Shown here: positions 28,358-36,565 of the stretch, piece by piece | Position numbering within the stretch: the first letter of the stretch is position 1 | Layout of the letters: every line of letters begins with the position of its first letter | Virus record (IMG/VR): IMGVR_UViG_3300048598_000482 | Span: 1-43,930 of that record | DNA from: a virus | Lineage: Duplodnaviria > Caudoviricetes | Length of the DNA: 43,930 nt | Direction: 5' to 3' (one strand) | Made by a program: the position numbers and the translations under genes | The notes under the pieces: generated by a model | Seen by the model: the letters and a program-made list of their open reading frames with translations, nothing else | Databases searched by the model: none | Told to the model about the DNA's origin: nothing

Positions 28358-28589
28358 ATTCACCCTCCTCGATCTTCACGCATTCATCTTCACCAAAAAC
28401 CACGCCGAGAGTGCTTCCGTTGCTCCAAGCCGTGTGAATCGTTCCAAGTGAATCGACATAAAGCACTTCCCCGATGGTGCCTACTGGAATTTGTGTGTAG
28501 GGGTCGTTCATGTGTACCAACCGCACTTTTGTACCAGGCTTATAATATTCTTTGAGCTGTTTCAGCAGCTCCGAATGAATTCCGTTCAT
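28350..28589 (-). CDS. DUF4314-like protein
   Basis: YKPGTKVRLVHMNDPY..GTIGEV..VDSLGTIH..W.NGSTLGVVFGED. Confidence 0.85.
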   Translation of the reverse strand: MNGIHSELLKQLKEYYKPGTKVRLVHMNDPYTQIPVGTIGEVLYVDSLGTIHTAWSNGSTLGVVFGEDECVKIEEGEFE

Positions 28590-29317
28590 GCTTGATCACC
28601 CGCTTCCCGTGCATCGCGGAACGCTGCGTTGCCGGTGAGCCTTTTCAGAAGCACACGGCGTGAATCTTTGTAGTTTTGCCCAATGAATCCAAGCCGGAGT
28701 AGAAAACAGCGAAAGGCGTACTTCTCATTTTCGACTTCCTGTTCCGACGCGCTGACGCGCTTCTGTGTGCGAGCCAGTTCGCAAAGACCCTGTACCAGTT
28801 GGTAGTAGGCAGCAAGCTCTGCCTGATCGTCAGTCAGCCGAAACCATCCGAACTCGATCCTGTCGGAGTGCTCTGTCATCGGAAGGCTGCCTGTACCGAG
28901 CGCCTTTTTCAGTAACGTTGCCTTGCTCGCAACCAGCCGCCGCAGGTTTTCCATTGCGGTGGGCGTCATGTCGTCCCGAGGCATCTCGACCGAAAGCCGA
29001 TCAAGGCCGTCAAGTGTAGGTGTCACGATCTCTTGCTTAGGCATTTCCGCCGCTTTTCGCTCGATGGGCTTCGCCGGCCAGCAAATCCGTTCGCCGATGA
29101 ACCCATCTCGCTCCAGTTCGCAGATCAACATGGCGACCTGCTTGGAATCCAAGTAATCTGGACAATCTAATGTCCCATGCCGGTCGATGGTGTATGGTCC
29201 TATCTCGAAAGAAAACGTCGGCGGTCCCATGTACTTGGGAGTATCCTGCAAGATTTCGCGCATGACAGCCAACAGCGCTTTGCGCTCGCTGCCTTCTAGG
29301 TGGTACTTGATCTGCAT
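28586..29317 (-). CDS. Conserved phage 'virulence-related' protein of unknown function
   Basis: ENEKYAFRCFLLRLGFIG..YK..RRVLLKRLTGNAAF; AAGGAGG RBS before ATG 29317. Confidence 0.75.
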   Translation of the reverse strand: MQIKYHLEGSERKALLAVMREILQDTPKYMGPPTFSFEIGPYTIDRHGTLDCPDYLDSKQVAMLICELERDGFIGERICWPAKPIERKAAEMPKQEIVTPTLDGLDRLSVEMPRDDMTPTAMENLRRLVASKATLLKKALGTGSLPMTEHSDRIEFGWFRLTDDQAELAAYYQLVQGLCELARTQKRVSASEQEVENEKYAFRCFLLRLGFIGQNYKDSRRVLLKRLTGNAAFRDAREAGDQA

Positions 29318-29341
29318 ATAATGTCTACCTCCTTGAATTTG

Positions 29342-29379
29342 GTAGTACATACATGCCTCTCAAAGATGTACTTATCAAG
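29342..29379 (-). promoter_or_regulatory. Promoter-like motif CTTGATA-N12-AGAG-N10-ACTAC
   Basis: Shares the motif with 3008-3046; immediately upstream of an RBS. Confidence 0.55.
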
Positions 29380-30618
29380 CTATTTTTCTGTGTTTTCGAC
29401 GATTTCTTTGAAAGGAATTCGTTCGCCGTTACGAATCAGGAACACGTCATCGGAACCATTCAGCTGCTCGACAGTTCTTCGAACGATCACATCACAGTAC
29501 TTTTCATCCAGCTCGATCATCCGGCAGATCCGATCTGTTTGTTCGCAGGCGATCAGGGTACTACCGCTACCACCGAAGGGATCGAGCACGATGCAATTCG
29601 CCATGCTGGAATTCAGAATCGGATATGCCAGCAGTTCCACCGGCTTCATGGTCGGATGGTCGGCGTTCTGCTTGGGTTTATCGAACTCCCAGATCGTCGT
29701 CTGCTTCCGATCGGCGTACCATTCGTGTTTTCCTTTTTTCTTCCAGCCGAACAAGACCGGCTCATGACGCCACTGGTACGGGCTTCGCCCAAGCACCAGA
29801 GATTGCTTCTTCCAGATGCAAGTGCCGGAGAGATAGAATCCCGCTTCCGAGAATGCTCTGCGGAAATTCAATCCCTCAGTGTCCGCATGGAACACATAAA
29901 TCGACGCGTCATTCGCCATGCACGCTTCCATGTTCTGAAAGGAAGCGAGCAGGAAATCGTAAAACGCTGCATCTGCCATGTTATCGTTTTTGATCTTCCC
30001 AGCGGTGCCTTCGTAATTCACATTGTAAGGGGGATCGGTGACCACGAGGTTGGCTTGACCGCCGTCCATGAGAATGTCGAACACATCCCGCTTCGTACTG
30101 TCGCCACAGACGAGCCTGTGTTTGCCGAGTAGCCAGAGGTCGCCCAGTTTCGTGATCGCAGGCTCCTTGAGCGCAGCATCCACATCGAAATCATCGTCAT
30201 GAACATCGGCGCGCTGCGCATCTTTGAACAGCGCATCCAGCTCAGGCGCGTCGAAGCCGGTCAGAGATACGTCGAAATCCGCACCCTGAAGATCAGCGAT
30301 CAACAAAGAGAGCTTATCCTTGTCCCATTCGCCGCTAATCTTATTCAGCGCTACGTTGAGCGCTTTTTCCTTCTCTTCACTCATTTCCACGACAACACAC
30401 TCGACCTCGGTTACACCGGTATCGATCAGCACCTTCAAGCGCTGGTGTCCGCCGACGACGTGGCCTGTCGTCTTATTCCAGATCACCGGTTCCACATATC
30501 CGAATTCTGTAATCGAGCGCTTCAGCTTCTCGTATTCCGGGTCACCGGGCTTTAAGTCCTTACGAGGATTGTAATCCGCCGGAACGAGCTTATCGACCGG
30601 CAGTGTTTGAATGACCAT
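29380..30618 (-). CDS. ParB-N fused N6/N4 DNA methyltransferase (beta class)
   Basis: YNPRK..VVGGHQRL (ParB-N); TDPPYN, HPTMKP, VLDPFGGSGST. Confidence 0.93.
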   Translation of the reverse strand: MVIQTLPVDKLVPADYNPRKDLKPGDPEYEKLKRSITEFGYVEPVIWNKTTGHVVGGHQRLKVLIDTGVTEVECVVVEMSEEKEKALNVALNKISGEWDKDKLSLLIADLQGADFDVSLTGFDAPELDALFKDAQRADVHDDDFDVDAALKEPAITKLGDLWLLGKHRLVCGDSTKRDVFDILMDGGQANLVVTDPPYNVNYEGTAGKIKNDNMADAAFYDFLLASFQNMEACMANDASIYVFHADTEGLNFRRAFSEAGFYLSGTCIWKKQSLVLGRSPYQWRHEPVLFGWKKKGKHEWYADRKQTTIWEFDKPKQNADHPTMKPVELLAYPILNSSMANCIVLDPFGGSGSTLIACEQTDRICRMIELDEKYCDVIVRRTVEQLNGSDDVFLIRNGERIPFKEIVENTEK

Positions 30619-30772
30619 GATTGATTCCTTTCGGCACAATTCTTCTTAGGCCAGCCTGCGCCGCCGGGAGATTGCCCGCGAGCGCCTGCCCGCGCAGCGT
30701 CTTGCGCTGCTGGCTTGTCAGGCGATGGTATCGGAGCGAATGGATAAATGTCTGTACTTCGTCCATACTCAT
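30590..30772 (-). CDS. Small hypothetical phage protein
   Basis: LTSQQRKTLRGQALAG; translationally coupled to terS. Confidence 0.6.
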   Translation of the reverse strand: MSMDEVQTFIHSLRYHRLTSQQRKTLRGQALAGNLPAAQAGLRRIVPKGINHGHSNTAGR

Positions 30773-31308
30773 TTCCCCCTTCGAGCGGTCAGCAGGCGCT
30801 CCATAACATCGTCCTGTGGATTGGAGCCGGTGTAGTCGGCGGCGCAGTTTTCTTTCACGATCTGGAAGATCTCATACCAGAGTCGGTTTGTTTGCGCCAT
30901 GTAGTTCTGGCTCATAGCCACATACGGAGACTGAATCGCGTTACCCGTCGTCGGATGCTTTGCGAGGAACCCGTATTCCGTAATTGCCGCTTCACACTGA
31001 ATCCAGCGCGCGGCGCTCATGGCGTATCGCTCTAACACCTGTGGGGAGACGATGCTCGCGCAGCCACGTTCGTTCAGCCAGCTCCAGGTCCGCTCATAGA
31101 TCTCTGACGCGATAAGCGGCTTGCCGTCCTTCTGAACGGCAGACAGCATCTCCTGCGGCGGAGGCATATTCACGCCATGAAAATCGCTGGCACCGGGGAA
31201 TTCGACAACGGTAAGCTTTCTCTTACCGAGGTTACCTTCTAACACTTTATCCGCCAGCGGTTTCGGCGGCCTGCCGCCCTGGCCTGCTGCCGGGCCTCGT
31301 CTTCCCAT
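30769..31308 (-). CDS. terS: Terminase small subunit (P27 family)
   Basis: GRPPKP..EGN.GKR, LERYAMSAARWIQCE, GNAIQSPYV; follows HNH. Confidence 0.88.
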   Translation of the reverse strand: MGRRGPAAGQGGRPPKPLADKVLEGNLGKRKLTVVEFPGASDFHGVNMPPPQEMLSAVQKDGKPLIASEIYERTWSWLNERGCASIVSPQVLERYAMSAARWIQCEAAITEYGFLAKHPTTGNAIQSPYVAMSQNYMAQTNRLWYEIFQIVKENCAADYTGSNPQDDVMERLLTARRGK

Positions 31309-31335
31309 GTGTATTTCCTCCCAAGTAAAACTTAT

Positions 31336-31420
31336 GGGGCTATTCCCCTCAAAACTTTCGCGAAAATTTACACGCGACCCGACCGCGTTGTCCAGTTGAA
31401 AAGGTCACAGAGGTAAAATG
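31336..31420. other. Candidate cos (packaging) region
   Basis: HNH-terS intergenic position; dyads ACGCG-acccgac-CGCGT (31372-31388), TTTCGCGAAA (31356-31365), GGGGctattCCCC. Confidence 0.5.
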
Positions 31421-31432
31421 CCCCCCACCGGA

Positions 31433-31801
31433 TCATTCAGTGTGTGAATTTTGTCTTGTGTTGGTGCTGCTGATCGTAATCTTCGAGTGGCAGCTCTTAC
31501 ATAACGCCATGAGGTTGTCTTCGTCGTTCGATCCATCTTTTGCCAGCGGTAGAATGTGATGCACTTCATCAGCGGCAGTCAGCCTGCCTTCGCTCCGGCA
31601 CTGCTCACACAAAGGATGCCGTAATAAAAAACGCGCACGGATCTTCTTCCACGCGCGACCGTATCGTTTGTTGGTGTCACGATCACGCAGGTATTGGTTA
31701 TACTGACGCTCAGCGATATGCTTGTGCTCATCGCAGTATCGTCCGTCAGTAAGCCTGCCGCATCCTGGGTGGGAGCATGGACGCTTGGGTTTGTATGGCA
31801 T
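31433..31801 (-). CDS. Packaging-associated HNH endonuclease
   Basis: CSHPGC, PLCEQC, EVHHILPL..GS...NLMALCKSCH. Confidence 0.93.
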   Translation of the reverse strand: MPYKPKRPCSHPGCGRLTDGRYCDEHKHIAERQYNQYLRDRDTNKRYGRAWKKIRARFLLRHPLCEQCRSEGRLTAADEVHHILPLAKDGSNDEDNLMALCKSCHSKITISSTNTRQNSHTE

Positions 31802-31825
31802 CCCAGTCCTCCAAAGGAAAGCAAA

Positions 31826-31859
31826 AGAGCCTCCGCATTTTACTGCCAGCGGAGGCTCT
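31826..31859 (-). terminator. Hairpin in the late-operon leader
   Basis: AGAGCCTCCGC-N12-GCGGAGGCTCT followed by TTTGCTTT on the minus strand. Confidence 0.6.
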
Positions 31860-31904
31860 CGTCTTTTTCGTTAGCATAACAATATCAAATGGATGAACTC
31901 TCTT

Positions 31905-32333
31905 TCAATCAACTTTACTCTCCTCTTTCAGAAAAGCTGCAACTGCTTCCAACGCCCGCTCATGCATGCGAAAAGCATATTGCATACTGTAGTTTAGATC
32001 GATAGCGATTTCCTCCCAGCGTTTGAAACACAGATAACGCAGTTCCAGTAGCGTCTGATACTCTGTGTTATCTAGCTGCTTTATGCAGCGCATGATCTCC
32101 GCTTTCAGATCGACCAGCGTATCGATGTCGTCGTTGATCTCATTTTCCATGTCGACCATTTTACAGATGGTATCCTCCATGGAGTGTAGGTTCGGAGTCG
32201 CCGCTTTCGGCGCACTGGAGAGCGTACCGGTTGCTTTACCCAGCAGGGCACGCAGGGACATCACCTGTTCCAGCTTGCTATTGATCCGCTGGTCAATGCG
32301 ATATGCCTGCGATAAGTATTCTTTGGCATCCAT
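31905..32333 (-). CDS. ArpU/RinA-like (DUF1492) late transcription activator
   Basis: AKEYLSQAYRIDQRI, LLELRYL...WEEIAIDLNYS sigma-region-4-like HTH; directly upstream of HNH. Confidence 0.82.
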   Translation of the reverse strand: MDAKEYLSQAYRIDQRINSKLEQVMSLRALLGKATGTLSSAPKAATPNLHSMEDTICKMVDMENEINDDIDTLVDLKAEIMRCIKQLDNTEYQTLLELRYLCFKRWEEIAIDLNYSMQYAFRMHERALEAVAAFLKEESKVD

Positions 32334-32350
32334 ATTTTTAACCTCCTTCG

Positions 32351-32644
32351 CTAAACTTCTATTCCTGCATATGCCCACAGGACGGCCTTGACATCCTCTA
32401 CCGACCGAACCACATACGCGTGGCCGCCGGCGACCTTAATCCTATGTATCGTTTTCTCCTGCAGCTTCGTCAGCCTGCCTTCCGGTGTTTTTACCTCAAA
32501 GGCGAAGAATCGGCCGTCCAGGCAGCAGATCACATCGGGAATCCCAGCTGACCCGTACATTCCGCCATGCTCTTTCCAGGCAAAGCAGCGCGGAATTCTC
32601 TTTAGTAGCCGCATGATCGCGGCAACGATGTCTTTCTCCAACAT
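32351..32644 (-). CDS. VRR-NUC domain nuclease
   Basis: EKDI, GIPDVI, FEVKTPEGRLTKLQ, YVVRS. Confidence 0.92.
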   Translation of the reverse strand: MLEKDIVAAIMRLLKRIPRCFAWKEHGGMYGSAGIPDVICCLDGRFFAFEVKTPEGRLTKLQEKTIHRIKVAGGHAYVVRSVEDVKAVLWAYAGIEV

Positions 32645-32717
32645 GTTGTAAACTCTCCTAGATAAAAAATATGAGCTGAATTTTGAAAAACCCAGGTGTA
32701 ATGCGGTATTTTTCTCT

Positions 32718-32807
32718 TGTCGCAGCTTGTCGCAGGTTTTTGGGGTATTCCCTATAAAAAGAGCTTTCTTTACATATAACCTGTTTTTCCTGCGACAAGC
32801 TGCGACA
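32718..32807. repeat. 19-bp perfect inverted repeat built of tandem iterons around an AT-rich core; candidate replication origin
   Basis: TGTCGCAGCTTGTCGCAGG (32718-32736) and CCTGCGACAAGCTGCGACA (32789-32807). Confidence 0.75.
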
Positions 32808-32812
32808 GAGGT

Positions 32813-35206
32813 TCAATCAAACGGTATTTTGCCTTTGTAATCAGTAAATCCACCGGTATCAAACCTTAACTTAAACCCGATCAGCATCGTTGTTTCACTG
32901 CCTCCGGCATACGGCCGTTTTCGTTCCACACGTCCATACATCGCGAGAATTTGCTTGAAATTACGAGTATTCTCCGCAAAGCAGCCGTTGGCGTCGCACC
33001 ATTTCTTATACCGGTCGTAAACCGCGGAAGTGCGTTCTTCGGCATTTTGGAGCGGCTCCATTTCGTCCTCGATAAACAACCCGACCTTATCGCTCTCATG
33101 CCGGTACCGTTCCGTCGCAAAATGCACGGACTCCGGCATGGTTAGTCCTTCCAGCTGCAATTCCATGTACCCCTTCAGCAGCCAGTTCAAGATCGCACTT
33201 TGGTTCTTTTGTCGTCGAAACAGCGGCTTCAGGGTCTTATCTTGCTCGTTCTCTTCAAAATGACGCTCGAACGGTATGATCATGATCCTGCCGCTGGAAA
33301 AGAGCGTCATATCTGTTATCACCGGCAAGTAGTTTGTATTCATGTAGATTTTGAACTGAGGCTGGAAATCGAAGCTGTTCTCGTGCAGGAATCGCGCATT
33401 GAGCGTATCGTTGCCAGTCATGCTTTTCACCTGCGCGGCATTGAGTAATAAACCCCTGCTCGGCTCCGAGATGTTCGCAAACCGAATCCCAGCCAAACGC
33501 GCAATGTCCTCCGTTGGATTTTGGCTGCTGGCATTCTGTTTCATACTGATCGTCTCGGGGCGAACCGTACTTCCGTATTCGCCCATGACTCTGAGCACGC
33601 TTTCCATGAGCGTGCCCTTCCCGTTCCGGGTCGTCGCGCCGTACAGAATGAACAGGCACTCAAAGCGCGTATCGCCGCTGAGCGCATATCCCAGCGAACG
33701 TTGTAGAAATTGCGCCCGGTCCTTGTCTCCGCTCATGATCTCGTTCACAAACAGATCGAACCGCTCGCAGCATGCGCTCGAGTCATACACGACATCCGAG
33801 ATTTTCGTGATCTTATCCTCCGGATCATGTGGCCGAAACGTCATGTCTTTGAGATGCATTGTTCCGTTTTGGCAGTTGAACAGGAACGGATCCGTATCGA
33901 ACGCATCCATCGGAATCGGATACACGCCCTGTGCATCTTTGAGGATCGTTTCCCGGGTCCTGCGCGTCTGCCATTTCTTACATCGGTCGATGTACTCTTT
34001 TCGCTGCTTCTCGTCAGAGATGTTGAATGCATAAACCATGAGCGCGTTCGCGAGTTCCTTACACAGCTCCATCGCCATCAGCCCGCCGATATCCGGCTCC
34101 CACCGTTTCCCAAGGAAGATATACCAAAGCTTTCGCTCTGGCACATACCGAGCAACGCCACTGTAGTAATCCGAGAAGAGTCGGCTGTTTCCGATATCCG
34201 TACTGAGATAGCGCGGATTGGATTCCGGCTGTAGCGCACGTAACGCCTCCGTGGCCGGAATCTCCTGCCTTGCGTTACGCCGCGGAAGAATCGGCAGCTT
34301 CTTCGCCTCGTTGATACACTCTTGCACCCAGGCCCGGAACAACACCGGATCGCCCATGAGCAGATCATTGGGGTCTTTATACCCCTCCGGCGTCGTTGTA
34401 CGTAGATGCGTCACGCTGAGCACTATGAGCTGCGTACAGAGTTTCGCAGCAGCTTCGTCGCCGGCGCTGTCACGATCCATGCTCACAATGACCGGCGGCA
34501 CGTCTTCCCGCGCCTTGATCGCATCGATCAGTTTCCTGGTGCCGGTTCCGCACGTTGCAACGGCTTGGCCGCCTTCCTGCATGATCGACAACGCGCAGAA
34601 AGCGCTCTCCACGACGAACACCGGCTCCTCCTGGTCAAGCGATTCCTCGTAGAACAGTGGCTCCGGCCCGACATCCTCAGTGCGCGGCTTAAAGAACCGC
34701 TTATCCGTAATGCTCCGAGAAGTGTAATACTCCGTTTTCGTCCCGTACGGTATCACGATCGCGTTTCTCTTAGGATCGAACCCGAACCGGAATGCAAGCA
34801 TACTCTCGCCGGTGAAGCCTCGTCCCTGCAGATACATCTGCGCGCTTGGCGCGACAGTAAAAGCATCGATGCATTGATCGATGTACTCCGAAATTGGAGC
34901 ATGGTTCTGCGCTGTCGTTTTCTTTTGCGCAGGCGGAGTTGCAGAATGAACGTGGAATGCATCGATGATTGCCTGCGCCGCCTCGACTGTGCTCAAATGC
35001 CTTGATCTGGCCACCAAATCAATCGCGTCACCGGATGCATCACAACCAAAGCACTTGAACCTGCCCTCCTTGAACGAGAGAGAAGGCGTCTGATCCTTAT
35101 GGAACGGGCATCTGGCTTTCCCGTTTTGTACCTCAATCCCCAGCCACCTTGCCACTTCCTCAATTGAGATCTCCTGTCGGATCTGTTGAAAATCAGTCAT
35201 AGGCAC
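32813..35206 (-). CDS. Primase-helicase: CHC2 Zn finger + TOPRIM + D5/P4-type SF3 helicase
   Basis: CPFHKDQTPS..FKCFGC; VFVVES, MDRDSAG, KDPND; TDIGNS, LYGATTRNGKGT, VKSMTGND. Confidence 0.9.
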   Translation of the reverse strand: MPMTDFQQIRQEISIEEVARWLGIEVQNGKARCPFHKDQTPSLSFKEGRFKCFGCDASGDAIDLVARSRHLSTVEAAQAIIDAFHVHSATPPAQKKTTAQNHAPISEYIDQCIDAFTVAPSAQMYLQGRGFTGESMLAFRFGFDPKRNAIVIPYGTKTEYYTSRSITDKRFFKPRTEDVGPEPLFYEESLDQEEPVFVVESAFCALSIMQEGGQAVATCGTGTRKLIDAIKAREDVPPVIVSMDRDSAGDEAAAKLCTQLIVLSVTHLRTTTPEGYKDPNDLLMGDPVLFRAWVQECINEAKKLPILPRRNARQEIPATEALRALQPESNPRYLSTDIGNSRLFSDYYSGVARYVPERKLWYIFLGKRWEPDIGGLMAMELCKELANALMVYAFNISDEKQRKEYIDRCKKWQTRRTRETILKDAQGVYPIPMDAFDTDPFLFNCQNGTMHLKDMTFRPHDPEDKITKISDVVYDSSACCERFDLFVNEIMSGDKDRAQFLQRSLGYALSGDTRFECLFILYGATTRNGKGTLMESVLRVMGEYGSTVRPETISMKQNASSQNPTEDIARLAGIRFANISEPSRGLLLNAAQVKSMTGNDTLNARFLHENSFDFQPQFKIYMNTNYLPVITDMTLFSSGRIMIIPFERHFEENEQDKTLKPLFRRQKNQSAILNWLLKGYMELQLEGLTMPESVHFATERYRHESDKVGLFIEDEMEPLQNAEERTSAVYDRYKKWCDANGCFAENTRNFKQILAMYGRVERKRPYAGGSETTMLIGFKLRFDTGGFTDYKGKIPFD

Positions 35207-35241
35207 CCCTCCTTTCTTACGGAAGTCGCTTCTTAACCTTA

Positions 35242-35652
35242 CTACTCACGCCGCTTTACCTCATTGCAATCCCGGTCAAAGTATCGGATCGTCATGAACC
35301 GGGCTAAGGCGTGTGCAATCTCCCGCTGCATCCCGCTGCTATAGCAATCGCCAAAAACCCATAGCTCTTCGCACAGATCCAGAAGCCGCAAGCCCATGTC
35401 CATGCCATCCAGCCGTTCCTGCGTCAGATGGTCATCCAGAAACAGCGGATACATCAGGTGCGGGGTGATTGGCATCTTCCCGTTCAGATAAGCAAACCGC
35501 GAATACCGGCGTGCGTTCTGGACGTTCTCGTTGATGCATCCCGCATATGGGGAGCAGACAAACACCATTTGCCGATTGGCGCGCTCAAGATAAAGAATCC
35601 TCGGGAATCCGAATGATGCCGTCGGGGTTGCCGAATTCAACTCGTTTTTCAT
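35242..35652 (-). CDS. Nucleoside deoxyribosyltransferase-like (DUF4406-like) phage protein
   Basis: VFVCSPYAG, PITPHL, LLDLCEELWVFG..SSGMQREI. Confidence 0.75.
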   Translation of the reverse strand: MKNELNSATPTASFGFPRILYLERANRQMVFVCSPYAGCINENVQNARRYSRFAYLNGKMPITPHLMYPLFLDDHLTQERLDGMDMGLRLLDLCEELWVFGDCYSSGMQREIAHALARFMTIRYFDRDCNEVKRRE

Positions 35653-36565
35653 GCCTTGCCTCCATTCCCAGCCGGGCACGTAGCTCGGCGTTCTCTTGTT
35701 CCAGTTCCCTGACGCGGCGTGACAGGAAGTCGATGTTGTTCTCAAAATGCTTTACCTTGTTGTCATATGCTTCTGTAGCCCACTTCAGCTTCGTCTTTGC
35801 AGAAGTCGCCTCCGATTGCAAATTCTCAAGCTCTTTCCGTAATTCCATAAAGTGCGGATTCTTCATGAGCCGAATCACACCAGCGCGGGCGACCTGGTCG
35901 GTCGATACGGGCGGTTTATCCAAAGGAATTTCGTCATCACCCTGTGTGATATCTTCTTCTCTTGCATTCTTGCCGATTGCTTCTTTGTATGCACCGAATA
36001 TGGTCGTTTCACCAGAATCGATCTTCGGCAATAGATCGGGGCGCTTATCCGCCACTGTCAAGGCACGCTCGTATTGGCAGCCACTAGAAAATCCGGTGCG
36101 CTTTGCTATAGCACTTCTTGCGTTTCCTTTATCAGGGTATGCTCGTACGAGCATACCCTGATTTTCATTCTTGTATCCGTCGCGTGCATGCAAAGACATC
36201 CGCTCCCGCGCCTTCGCCTGCTCGATCGCCTTGATCTTTTCGGCATATTCAAGACGCTCGGCGGTCGTGAAATTGAGGCGCTGTTCGTTTTCCGCGATCT
36301 CGATCTCTAGCATCTCTTCGGCCTGCATGGGCGATAGCACCGTCGCACGGAGTTCTGGCATCTGAATGAGCTTCGCTGCTTCCAATCTGCGCAGGCCGGC
36401 GATCAACTGGTATGTTCCGTTCTGGCAGTCCATGACCGTGATCGGGTTGATCAGACCGTGCTTCTTAAGGTCGTCCGCCAGCTCGATCAGGTCGCCCGGG
36501 TCCTTACGGATGCGCGTCGATACCTGAACAGACGCGATCGAAATAACTCGCGTTTCAGTTGCCAT
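35585..36565 (-). CDS. ParB-N domain protein with HTH and C-terminal coiled coil
   Basis: ELADDLKKHGLINPITV, LIAGLRRLEA, EIAENEQR; start reassigned to MATETRV with GGAGGG RBS. Confidence 0.82.
   Translation of the reverse strand: MATETRVISIASVQVSTRIRKDPGDLIELADDLKKHGLINPITVMDCQNGTYQLIAGLRRLEAAKLIQMPELRATVLSPMQAEEMLEIEIAENEQRLNFTTAERLEYAEKIKAIEQAKARERMSLHARDGYKNENQGMLVRAYPDKGNARSAIAKRTGFSSGCQYERALTVADKRPDLLPKIDSGETTIFGAYKEAIGKNAREEDITQGDDEIPLDKPPVSTDQVARAGVIRLMKNPHFMELRKELENLQSEATSAKTKLKWATEAYDNKVKHFENNIDFLSRRVRELEQENAELRARLGMEARHEKRVEFGNPDGIIRIPEDSLS

Noticed and set aside
31433-31801. HNH as a mobile homing endonuclease or intron
   Set aside because: Size and position next to terS match the packaging-associated HNH of cos phages; no interrupted gene.
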